Source: Raillietiella orientalis (taxonomy: Eukaryota). Taken from it: 64,000 bases of DNA. The notes under the pieces were generated by a model, which saw nothing but the letters and a program-made list of their open reading frames with translations, made no database searches and was not told where the DNA came from. The stretch lies in NCBI GenBank assembly GCA_036172245.1, contig JAYWIR010000002.1:7006001-7070000 (forward strand), read 5' to 3'. Every line of letters begins with the position of its first letter. Position 1 is the stretch's first letter. Shown piece by piece: positions 48,950 through 61,246 of the stretch. The translations under genes were made by a program, and so were the position numbers.

Positions 48950-49200
48950 CCGCTCCTGCTCCCGGATGAAGCACAGAGACGGGCAAATAGTGGGATCAAC
49001 TCCCTCGTAAAGGAAGGCCTGCTCGGTAGATCTTCATGGAAAATTCATCACGTCGCAGCATCCTCGCTCCGCATCTTCGCAAGTGCTCCGTCCGAGACAG
49101 TTGCTAAGATACGCTGATACGCTTTATGTGTGCCGGGATTACCTCGAGTTCGAAAAATCCAGCGGGATAACGCACGATCCCGCCATTACGTCTCCGCAGG
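48950..49200 (+). mobile_element. LINE RT domain 4-6 remnant
   Basis: LVKEG.. then QLLRYADTLYVC..LEFEKSSGIT, resembling YADD...FE..SGL.IN. Confidence 0.45.
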
Positions 49201-50299
49201 GCTTCCCCGGAGGTTCGCCGCTCCCGGCTCCCGAGCCAGAACGGGGGAACATTTGCAGCATCCCGAATAATGAGACGGCTGGCTGGCGTCCCGCGGACCG
49301 CCGGGATCCGGAGGCGACGCGACAGCGCCGCCCGTCCTGCCGAGGTCATGGGGGCACGGCCCGCCCCCTAAGCGGCATATGTCCAGAGCTGCGCGGACCA
49401 CTCTGGGGCGCTCCCGGCGGAGCTGACTCCGAAGACGCCCACATGCAGCGCTTCCTCTTCGAACCACCTCTCCGGCGTCCCTCGAACTCTCCCCCTGGGA
49501 GCAAAGCCGTCCGACGGTGGCGTCCCTCCTTCCCCTCGGGGAAGAAGGACAGGAGGAGCAGGGGCAATCCCTGCCCTTCCACGACGGTCTTCTCCTCTCC
49601 ACTTCCTCCTCCTGAGCGGAATGATCTTCTCGCGAAAAAGGTGGGTCCCGCTCGCGCCACCTCGCTCCGTGCCCCTCCGCGGCCCGGCATTCCGCCTCGA
49701 AAGCAGCAGAAGCCCGACGAGGGTGGCGATGGGAGGACCGGCTGCCACTAGGCTTGCGCTGACCTCGCAACGAGCCCCGACTGGGAGGAGTCCTCGGGGG
49801 CCATTAAGGGGCTGCAGCACGGGCCCCGGCAGCCTTCGCGGAAAAGGCCGCCGAAATGCCCTCTCCTCCCCATCAGACGATCTCGCAGGAGCAGCACCGT
49901 CCGCACCGCCCTCCTTGCCCGACTTCCCCCCTCCGTCCGCGAACGCACGAGGAGGGGCAGGACGAAGCGCGCGCCACGTGCAAAGAAAGAAGTTCCAGAG
50001 GGAGGAAAGGAGGCAGCCCTCCCGTCGTCCGGTGCAGGGAAGCAGCCGCTGCTGGGTCCGTCCGGAGAGCAATGCAAGATGGCTGCCAGAGGATGCTCGC
50101 TCGGGCTGGGGTGTCCTCTGGCAAGAGACGCGCACCCCGGAGCCAGGCGTTCCTGGAAGCCGCAGAGCGCCCCCCTCCATGGGAGGAGTCGTTGGTGCCG
50201 CAGCGCGCCAAGGAGGACCGGCATACGCACTCGCGAAGAGAAGGTGGTAGAGAAGACAACCACGTCTTCTCATCATTTCCGCTCAATCATCCATTCCTC

Positions 50300-50410
50300 A
50301 TCCGCTTCCCCTTCCCTTCCTCTTCCTGCTTTCCCCTTCATTTCCTCCTCCCTCCCTTCCTTCCCTCTCTCTTCCTCCTCCCCTCCTTCCTTCTTCCTCC
50401 TCCTCCTTTT
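50300..50410 (+). repeat. Polypyrimidine (CCT/CTT) tract
   Basis: Directly visible. Confidence 0.9.
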
Positions 50411-52274
50411 ACTACTCTTTCTCAAAGTGGCCGAGTGCCAGCTCTTGAGGTTCGCTATCTTCCCTGATGGCCGGACCGGTGCGGCGCCTGAGGGCGCGCA
50501 CTCTGAAAACTTCCCTCCAGAAGGGAAGACTTCGAGATTTTCAAGAAAGTAGCACCTGCTGAGAACAGAGGGAGAGTTCTCTTTGCGCGCGTTCCCGGCA
50601 GGGGGTTGCTCCTTCCAGCCTTGGTTGGACGCCCCTCCTTCCACGGCTACTCGCTCCTTGACGCAGCAAAAAGGCATCTTCTCCTCGCCCCTTCTCCTCC
50701 CTTCTTCCCCTCCACGCGCGAGACTCCAGCGGCAGCTCCCGCGTCCCGTCCCGGAGACAGACGGTACGCTCCAGAGCGGGGAGCAGGGAGGCGAGGCCGG
50801 GGAACTTCCCGCCAAGTCCCGTGGAATCCATGGACCCCTGCCTCTTCGGAAGCGGAAGTATCTCTCCTCCCGCGGCTGGGTGAACGGAACGCGAGGAGCG
50901 GGCCGCACGGAAGGGATCCCGTGAAGACGCGGGCGGTGCCGCGAGTCCCTGAAGACCCGCGACCGGATAAGGAGCGATCCGGGAAGCGAAAAAGGAGGTG
51001 AGGAAAGGCCACAAGGAGTCTGCAACCCCCACCTTTCGCAGAGAGGAAAAAAAAAGACGGTTCGCGGGGGCAGCTCTGGCACGTCCCGTTTCCTCCTTAT
51101 CTTCCCGCAGGGGGTGGGTCGTGCGACTCGCTTGCATCTTCCCGGTCCCGAGAGCGCGAGGCAAGTCCCTATTGTCGATGGGCACTTCGGAGGGCAGCCA
51201 GCCTCCAGATCCTTCCGGAGTGCCCCACTGGGAGGGCGCATTCCCAAAAAAGGAGGTGCACGGACAGGGACCTGCGGTGACCCTAAACACCTTGGTCTTT
51301 CCCCTCCTCAGACCCAGACCTTGCGGGCCTCCCTCAGGATGAGGAGGCAAAGGAGGGGAAGGTCAAGGATCACCCTGGGTGCGCACCGCTCCTAGAAAAA
51401 GGAGCAGCTACGCGGGCGCTGCCCCCCTCCCTCCAGGAGGGGTTCACGGAGTGGCCCGGCCCTGGAGAAGAGGGGTGAAGAGGGTCCCGCCCTCCAGTTC
51501 CTCACACACGGGCGATGCGCCACCTGTGTGTATGGGAAAACATCGCTTCCGGTTTCACCTCTCGCGCGCGGGAAAAGAGGGAGGTCACTGCCGGGGCGCG
51601 CTCAAGGCCGGCAGGGGCCAAGGACACCAGGAGGTCCCATCTAGGAGGGCGCCTCGTGCCGCTGAGGGAACCTCCCGACCCACAAGCCGGGGACACGATC
51701 GCGACGCAAGTGCAGGCAAATGAGCAGGACTGATGGTTCCCGGACAGCGGCTGAGGCAGCGGGAAGAATGGTTCAGGTGACTCTCGGACGGCAGACACCA
51801 GGAGAATCTACCGAAGTCCGAAGAGGAAGAGGAGCAGCGGCAGGAGAATCGACGAAGTTCGAAGGGGAGGAGAGAGAGGAGGAAAGGAAGAGGAAGGGAG
51901 AAGGAGGAGGAATAGTGACATCAGGAGAATAGTTGAAGCTGCTTGCAGAGCTTCTTTGCCGTCCATGCTTTCTTGGTGACCCCTCTCTGCGAGACGGATG
52001 GCTCCGGCGGGCTGCTCCCGGGAGTGTCCCGGTCGCGGTTTCCATGGTGCAGCCGCGTTCCCGAAGGAGGAAACGAGACGGCGCTGGAGAGGCGATCGCT
52101 ACGGATGTGCTCGCACCGAGGCGGCGCCTGCGCAGGTTCCTCCTGGAGGATCCATGACGACGACGACCGGTTACGTTTTTTTTCCTTCTCCTTCTTCCTT
52201 TCTTGAGAAAAAGGAAAAGGCCACTTCAAGCGAGCTCTGAGGGAACGGCACTCGAGTCAGGAGGAGGAATATCC

Positions 52275-52345
52275 GCCGATTGGACTTATCAGCTGGATGA
52301 CGCCATTTTGCGAACTGCGCGCAGCGCCTGTCCAATCAAATTTCG
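52275..52345. promoter_or_regulatory. Promoter-like motif cluster
   Basis: ATTGG (52279-52283), CTTATC, CAGCTG, YY1-type CGCCATTTTG (52301-52310) and CCAAT (52332-52336) within about 60 bp. No linked gene seen. Confidence 0.3.
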
Positions 52346-55300
52346 GCTTTTCCCCACTCGAGTTTTTGAACTTCCAGAAATCAGAGTCGGTTTGTTTCTC
52401 CGAAGCGTTGCCCGCTCCAGGACTGCTCCTCTTACTCGGGCCGCCCCTCTACTTTTATTTATTTGTTTAGTTTTTCAATGCCCATTCGGCGATTCGCACC
52501 ACGACCCAGGCCGAAAGACTGCGCGCCAGACGCCGAAGCAACCGCACGGTGGCAGCACGCGCGCACCTGAAACATGGCGCGCGACTCGTGTGCCGCCTGC
52601 GCCCTGATGATCCCTCGGAGACGCACCGGGAAAGGGCAGAAAGGGTCCAGGACTCCTTCCGGCTGCTGACTCCCGGCAGAGTGTGTCAGGTCCGAAAGCG
52701 TTCGGCGGCGCTCTGCGCACACCCGACGCGCGGTGCGGTTCGCAAGTCCCTCCTTCCTGCTGATGCAGGGGAGTTGACACCCGCGGGTGGAGGAGCAGCG
52801 GTGAGACCAAGGAGCGCATAAGATCAAGAGGGGGGGAGGAACCTGTTCCGCACCCGCTCTCCCATCCAGGCGCTCTGGACCAAAGCTCCTTCCGGGAGGC
52901 GTGCAGCCTGTCGAACGGGATACTCGTCTTCACCCCCTGCTCCCCTCTCCCGCGCGCCCCAGCTTGCCTCTCCTAGAGAACCCTTGCGGCGGGGACCGCC
53001 GCGTGCGCTCCTGAACGCGAGGATCCGCATCCACAGGGTGTTTCCAGCAGCGCAGCGACCTGCGACCACTTTCCGAAGGAGGATGGCTGTTCGGAGCGAG
53101 CGCCGGAATCCGACCAAGGGCACCGCGGAGGGCTCGACATCTCTCCCGCCAGCGACTCCGGCATTCCGCGCTGCCCGAAGCACCGCGACCAGCGCGGTGT
53201 TTCGCGCCCGCAACTACCACACGAAGCGAACTGGAATTTCCCCCTCCGGGCGAGTGCAAATGGACCGGTAAACAATTTACAAGCCGTTGTGAAACGACGG
53301 GTTAAACGACCTCCGGCAGCAGCCTTCTTTCCTCCCCCCCCGTCTCTCCCTCCGCGCCGCCAGAAGGTTCCGTGCGCGGACCGGGCCGCGTTCCCGATTC
53401 GCACCCAATTGCGAAACGCGGTGCGTTCCCGACGCGCGTCTCACGGAGCGGCGGCGAGGGAGGCGCCCCGTCCAGTGGGCGAGCATCCCCTCTCCTCCAC
53501 CCCCACAAGCACCCCTCCTCTCCCCTTCACCCCGCCGCCGGCCACGTTTCGCAAGCAAGCACCCGTCGAAGGCGCGGCGTTGCGAAATCCACCGGGAATT
53601 CGCCCCGCCCCGAGCGAGCGGGAAGATAAAAGCGAGTGGGGCAAAAAAACGCTCGCTCTTCCGCCGCACGCCTTGCCCCCCCCCCCTCCCCCCCCCCGAC
53701 GGTATGCCGCGGTTGACGCCGCGCAAGAAGTCTCGGATTGACAAAGGTGAGGGAGGGGGGAACGCCGGATGCCCGTTTCCCAGACGACGTCTGATAACGC
53801 GATTAAGCCGCATTAGCGCTACACGAAACCGGAGGGGCACTTTGAAGGCATTCCCAGATTCCTCGCCCCCTTGCCTCTATTCGGGGGAGCGAGGGGGAAG
53901 GCGGCTGCGTGCACCCGATGCCCGCACTGGACGTTCAGCGGAACCCGTGGCCCACGCTGAATATGCAAATCCCGCCAGCCAGCATCTCCGCTGTCAAAGC
54001 TATGAATAAAATCAGTTTTAATCGCTCGTTAATTCACGCGCACGCGCAATAAAGGGGAAAACGCGCGCGCGCACACCCACGAAAAAGTCTTCGGAAGAGA
54101 GGGAGGGCGGGAGAGAGAAGAGCAGCAAAAAAGAGAACCGAGCAGCATTCTCGGGATTCTGAAAGGAGTTTCGTATCGACATTTCGAGGAGGGGGGATTG
54201 GAGGAAGCGAGAGAGGCCGAAGAGGCAACGCAACAGTTGGTTGGGCGCCTTTGTCTTCAGAAAAGGACGACTTTGTAACGACCGGAGCTCCGTGGGTCGG
54301 AGCGAACACGCGCGCGCACACACACGCACGCACGCACCTGACACGTTCGGTGCGTGAAATCGCGCGGGTGCTGCTGGAAGAAAGGCAGGCGAAAACCACA
54401 CCGAGGCCCTCGTCCTCCTCCAACAGGGGCGACCCCCACCCTTATGCAGGCCGGCCCGCCAACATCGCCCTGTCTACTTTGGCCCTCTGCGTCTGCGCAA
54501 CCATGGAGAAGCCTGGCGCTTCCCACGTCGCGAGGGAAGCAGTGGAACCGCCCCTCGACGAGCGTGGGCAGCGCCGCCGCGGCCATCGCCAGGGATCCCT
54601 GTGGCGCGGATATCTCGCGGCTCCTTGGAGGCTTTCGCAAACACGCAGGCGCACACACGCGTGCATCAGCGAGTGTGGACTCGAAAGGGGGGGGGGGGCC
54701 GAAACCAGGGGCGAAACTCTTCTCTCGGGAGCACCGAATTCAGCCCGCTCGCGGAGGCTGCCGCCGACGCCTTTCCCTATCAACGCGATGCGCCACTGTC
54801 CGTAGCGGTGGGCGAGACTCCCAGCTGCGACTATCGACGTTTGCGTTTCCGAAAACCCGTATCCTCCCTGCATGGTTGCCGGGACGAAGAAGCGAAGCGT
54901 CTGGGAGATGACAAGTTCGTCGTCCCACTCCCCACCAGACGCTTCGTTTCCTTTCAATTCCTCATGCTGTTCTTGCTGACTATGTAATCTCAGCTGGACT
55001 TCCTCACGCAAACCGACTCTTTCTCAACCTCGAATTCCTCCCGGTTGTTCCTCGGACCGCTTATTTCACTAATCGCCTTGGATACCGCTGCGTACCAAGC
55101 AGCTGAAGATCTTCCTGAGAAGTTCAAAAACAACGCCGCGACGCCGAACCATCGGCTGATTCGCTCAGAGCGACGGCCAACACATCTCGCATGAAAACAT
55201 CGCAAGCTAGCGGTGCGCCGTGGTCGGTGGACGGATGGTCCACTGGACGGACACATTTCGCATACGAGGACGCCGGCTGCAGGCAGCCTGTTGCAGGCGC

Positions 55301-58300
55301 GCGCCAACGAACCGTGCGCGGTCGCCCGCACGTCTCCGAAAAGTCCGTTCCGTTCGCCCGAGCGCTTGCGCACTTTGCCGGAAGACAAATCGTTCGGTCC
55401 CCGATGAGGGAAATGAATGCGCGCGTTGGTGGGAACGAAGATGGGCACTCTCCGAAGCAGGATCACCCGGAGAAGCACGAGAGAGCTGAAGGAGAACGAG
55501 GGGCTGGTTGGCGTTTTGTGGGTTCGTCCCTCGGGGACCCGGCATCGAGCGCGAGGAACTGGGTTCGAACTCCGGCGGCGACCTGCCGCCCGAATACTCT
55601 GCCTGGACCGGATGTTCCCATCGACCGTGGAGGGGCGAGGGCATTGTTTGGCGGTCTCGCCCACCGTCGGTGGGAACCGCAGCTTCGCGTTTGGCGCCGG
55701 GATTTTTCCCCCTACCGCCGCTCGGCCGAGTCCACTTGGTCGGGTTTGGGGGGCGTCGCGCAGCCGCTTGGACCCGCGCTTCGTGGTTCGCAAGGCGAGA
55801 CTCCCATCGTTACCTCACGAACTGGTCACTCGCTGATGACCCGCTGCCGCCCGTTCCCTGCGCCAACACATCACCCGGTCTACTCCCCTACTTCTGACAG
55901 TACCGGGGAAAAAAAGACGTTCCAGAACGAGCGCGCGTGGAAGGGCGAGCAGGCGTGTTTCGGAGGTCCAGGCAGCCCTCGGAAACGCCTGCACGTGTCC
56001 CGGGACGCCCAAGGGGCGCGACGCCATGACGGCAAGAGGCACGCAGCACTTGTGGGTTCCCGGGAGGAGGCGTCTCAGCTGTCGCCATCGCGGTTGCTTC
56101 CGCAGAGGAACATAAACAAACAATGGGCAGCAGCCGGGCAGATTGAAGTGGGTCATCACAGCGGCCAGCGTGACGTTTTGTTTTTGTTTTTTAGATCCGC
56201 ATTCGGTACGGGAAGCAGCGGGGGGGTGGGGTGTGTGCACCAACCGGAGCTGTGCTGAGAGCGAAAGAGGTCCTCGTTTTTGTGCGCGCGCGTTTCGTTT
56301 GTTTTCTGGCGGCGGGCTGGTGGCTCCGCTTCGAGGGGCACCCCCCAAACGGCCAGCTCGAACGGGAGACGTCGCCGGCGGCACTGAGCACTGAGCGGGA
56401 AGGCAGTCGAGAGCGCCTGCACGCCTGCCAGCCGCGAAGAGGAGGAGGAGGAGTAAGGCAAAGGCTTCCCGTCCTCTCGGCCTGCCTTCGGGACGTACCC
56501 GTGCTCCGAAGGCAGAGGGGGGGACCTGCTTCAACCCCGAGGAGCGCACTCCAGCGCGGGGTGGAGGAAGCACCTGCGCGGCGCCGTCGAAGCAACCCGG
56601 AAGCGAAAGACGGCGGAGGAGGACAGGTGACTCCGATGGCGTCCCTTTGCCGCTGCTTGCTGCTGCTGCTGCTGAGCGAGCTGCACCCTGCCCCGCGCAC
56701 TTCCTGTCCGCAGAAATCTGATGCGTCATCCTCGGCGCGCCGCGGAAGAAGTCGCATCGACGAGGTGCACGTTTTCTTCGCTCGCAGACCGCTGCAGGGA
56801 AACTTTCGGCACGCGACGGTGGATCTCCCAGAATGGGGAGAGCAGCTGATAAGGAGAGCGCCGTGGGCCCGTCTTGCGTGCTATCTCTTTTTCGCAGACA
56901 GGGCGTCTGGGATTATGGGTCCGGGATTAGGGGAGGAGGAAGGGCGACCGCGGAGGACGCGTGCACCCAACCCATGGCGGTCCCAAGCGGGCAGGAAGCG
57001 AAATTTTTTCTTCCCTTGGTGGCAGATCTCCCGGTTCCCATGCCCGGCGGCGACTTGCTCCCTTCCTTCCCCCCTCCTCCGTCGCCTTGGCTTCCACCGA
57101 ATCCGCTGCTGCTGCTCGTGGCCCGCGCTCATAAGCCCTACGCCCCGCCAGGTCCGGCCGCGCGCACTCCTTGGGCTGCAGATTGCGGCGCCTGTTCTTC
57201 CGTCCTTCCGGAGTGCGAGACAGCACCCGGAAGGAGGAACGGGGGGGCAGCTGAACTCACCGAGCGACTGCCTCACAGGAGGGGAGTCCCGGTTTGCGAG
57301 CGGCAGACGCGCGTAGGTGCCTCGTTCCCGGGAGACGCGTCTCCATCTCCCGCTCCTCCTTTCCCGTGCCAGGAAACCAGGAAATTGATCGCCTGGCTCC
57401 CGCCGCCTAACAAGAGGGAGGGCCTTCGACGAAGAATGGGCGGGGGGGGGGGCGCACCCGGAAAGGGGAGTGGATCCCGATGGTAGCGGGAAGCAGATGA
57501 AATCGAGTGAGCGAAAGGGATCGTCGCGCTCGCGGCGTTTCGTCCCGCCCCTTTCGGACGAATGTGCGCCCGGGGAGCGCGGGGGAGCCGGCGCCCACCA
57601 CCACCCTCTACCCCCACAGTCCCGGAATCGCGAGATGAGCGTTCCTTGGCGGGGAGAGAGGAGCGACCGCCGCGCGCGGTCTTCCGGGGAGCTGCGGTGC
57701 TGGAGGCCGGAGGCGATCGCCGCTGCCGCTCGCAGGAAGCCCCCGGGCGAGTTTTGAAGACAGCGGCGTGGGCGGGGCGCGCCCGAGGGCCGCCGTCCTC
57801 GCGCGCGCGGGAGCCGACCCGTCGCCGTCACCTCGGTCGCGGCACCTGCCTCGCTGTTCCCGTAAGCATCCTCGCCGGGAGAAGAGGGGCGGGGCAGAGG
57901 CAGCCCGGGACGAAAAGAGGCGGAACGTCGGGCCCTTTTCTCCCCGAGGCAGCGGCAGCGAGAGCCGGCCGTGGTTATCCCTCAGCAAGGGTGCTGCCGC
58001 TGCTCATTGGCTCCCGGACGACCGAAAAGGGTTCGATGGAGAGTGCCTTTTCTCCCCCCCTCCCCCCCCCCCAAAAAAAAAGGGGAAGCTGGGGGAAGTA
58101 GGCGCGCGCCCAGTTCCGTTCGGTCCTCTTCCCAGCCGGGTGTCTCCCCCCCATTATTCCTCCTCCTGCTCCATGTCCCTTCCTCCCCTCCAGTCGAAGG
58201 CGCCAGCGGCGAAGGCAGCGAGCGCCAGAAGTCGCCATCTAGGGGTTCTCCCGCAGGACTATGGACCAACGGGTGCGGCCTTCTCCCGGAATCAACGCGC

Positions 58301-59089
58301 GAGGGGACAAAGGGATTAAGGGCATCCGTGCCAACGCTCGGAGCTCCGAGAGAGCTTCGACCCTCGGGGATGGGGCGTCCCCTCCTTCGCGAGCCGGAAC
58401 GGGAAGGGCAGAGGGGTTTCCCAGCGGGCTCGCCGCACATCCCCGCTGGTGGCGGCCGCCTGGGTGCTTCTCTCCCTACGGGGTGCGCACACGCGCAGTC
58501 CAGCCGTCGGTCTCCCCACCCCCTGCCCGCCAGCCGAGACCCCCCTCCGCCCGGCTAGGGGAGGGACGGCTGGAGTCTTCCGAACGGAGGCCGCGAGCGG
58601 CGGCGCGGAGGTAACTCGCGCGCGCCGCTTTATCGATTTCGCCCCGGCAGACGGCCGCCGCTGCCGCAGGAAGAGCGGCAAAGGACGGCGGGCAGCGAAG
58701 AAAGGCGCCTCCGCGGGTTCTCCGGGCGAACGAGGTCGAGCCCCGGCGGCAGCGGCGGCGAAGCGCCCGATTGCGGCTCCGGCTGGTCGGTCGGCGCCCC
58801 TGACCTTCCCCGTTTTTCCCCTCCTGCACATCGGGATCGCTCCCAAACAGGTCGCGCGCGCGCTCGGAAGGCCACCGCGGCTCTGCGGCGACGCAGTCGG
58901 GCCGCCCTCTCGAATGGTGAGCCCGCGGAGTGCCGGGCGGACCCTCTGTCGCCCGACCGGGACGCATCCCCGCCGGTTCGGAGCGGTCCCCGCGACGGGG
59001 CAGGAAACGGGTCCGCGCGCGAGCCCCGCGGCGAGGGCAGGAAGAACAAGGAGGGAACGGGGGGTTCTCCACCCTTTCCATTCTCCCTT

Positions 59090-59262
59090 CGCCGCTCAGA
59101 TTTTTTCCCCCCATCCCCTTCCACTGCCGAGGAGAGTCACACCGGGCTGCGTCCCGGTGTCCCGGCAGGTCCTGCGAAATGTTGGCCGTTAGTGGGGCCT
59201 TATACCACGTGATGTACTGACCGTAGAAATGTTTTAATAAACGTCCCGGCGTACCGGGTGGC
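59090..59262 (+). mobile_element. Very short LINE 3'-terminal copy (copy G)
   Basis: CTGCCG..ACACCGGG-ctgcgt-CCCGGTGT..CGGCAG, then AATAAACGTCCCGGCGTACCGGGTGGCA, matching the end of copy B. Confidence 0.65.
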
Positions 59263-60329
59263 ATCGTCGCTCAGATCGGGATCTTCTCGGAGGGCGGGAG
59301 GAAGAAGGGGAAGGAGGGGGACAAAACGCGACCGCCTGGTCTGAAAAGTTTTACAAAGTAACACGCGATGGTGCTGCCCCTTAGTCGTGTCATCAGCCGC
59401 AGCCTCTCGTCCCTGGCGCACCAGATGCAGGGACGAGGAGTGTTGAGAGGAGGAGGATGCTCGAAGGAGAGGTTGTTGCGGAGATCGCATTCGCTCGCTC
59501 ACGCACGCGCCACGCAGGGCATGCACGAGCAGACACTCCTGACGCGAAGCGAAAGGCCGAGCACCGCCTCATTCCGAGCGCGCCGAACGGAGATGACTCC
59601 CCCCCATCACACGGGGTGGAGAGGGTCTGCGGTCCACGTGCCCGGCGTGCGCACTCCCACCCGACAACCTCCGGGTAACAACGGCGCTCCCGATCGCCAC
59701 CACGGGATGACGGGTGAAGAGAAGACAAGGGGGGGGGCGGAACCTTCTTCGTTCGCGCGCTCCTCCCCGCTTATCTCTTCTCCCCCTCTTTTCCTTCTAT
59801 GTGCGGCGCCATCGCCAGCGGAAGCACCGCTAGCACGTCGGAGAACCAACGGCGGAGCCCTCTTCCTCCCACCTCTTTCCCCAGCAAGGCCTTCGTTCCT
59901 CTTCCCTGGAGGCCCGAGGTCGGGCAAACGGCCGGGAACCCGTCGTCGCGCGCACAGCAGCGCGCCAGCGAGGCTCCACCGACGACGAGCCCGCGCCTGT
60001 CGAACGCCCACAGGAGGCGCTTCGCCCCTCTCCCGAGGAAGGTGTCCCTGGTCTTCCCTCCTTCCTTCCTCTTCTCCCCCTGCCATAGGGGGGAGGGGGA
60101 GGAGGGAAGAAGAAAAAAAAACACGCACACACACAGAGGGTTTTTTTCTTTCTTTTTTTTTTTTTTTTCTTCTCTTCGGACGAAACCACTCGTTGGCAGT
60201 GTCAACACGGCGATGAAGGGCAGGAAAACGGGCCGGCGGACAGGCGAGTCCCCGGTTCCTCCGACCGGGGCAGGAGCCGAGGGAACGGAGGAAGAAAAAG
60301 GAAACAGCGTTCAACGTCTCAATAGCTTT

Positions 60330-60375
60330 TATGTATGTATATGTGTGTGTATATATATACACACATATATGTATG

Positions 60376-60417
<42 letters not shown>
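60330..60417. repeat. Compound (TA)n/(TG)n/(TATG)n microsatellite
   Basis: Directly visible, about 550 nt past the KLF stop codon, possibly within the 3' UTR. Confidence 0.95.
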
Positions 60418-60946
60418 AATCTTGAGAGTCCAACTGTCTTTTAGAGCTTTGATGAGGGGTCGCTGCCGTGGAGGGGGAGGGGCTCTCGTCGTCAACATCT
60501 CACTGGGATCGAGCTGCCCTTTTCTTCTGGCTTCCGGGCTTGGATCGACCAGCGCCGCGGCGCGGGGGCTCCAAGGGTCATCCGCAATCACATAAGCGCT
60601 GAATATCACAATTTTTTTGGCTCTTTTCTTTTTTTTTTTTTTTTCCTTTTGTGCTTTTCTTACACGAAGCCGATTTACGAAGAAGCAGAGACGAAGGGAG
60701 GGGGGATCCGGGGAGTGGGGAAGGGGGTGGAAGGGGTAAGAGGAAAGGATTTCCTCTCTGGGAGCGCGGAGACCGGGATCTTCGTCGTCGCTGGGAAGCC
60801 GGAGGCGCGCGGGGAAGGGAAACGGGGGGAGGGGGGGATAGCTGATGATGGATGGCGGTGACGACGGGGAGATGGCGGCGGCGGCGGGGGTGGGCGGGAG
60901 CAGGAGCTCTGCAGCCCTCCCGCCGCTGCGCCGCGAGCGCCAGCTC

Positions 60947-61246
<300 letters not shown>

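Noticed and set aside
48275..49117. His/Asp-rich ORF suggesting a metal-binding protein
   Set aside because: The HD run comes from a short simple repeat, and the remainder is low complexity or RT relic.
60345..60365. Pumilio element TGTATATA on the KLF sense strand
   Set aside because: It arises trivially within the TA/TG microsatellite.
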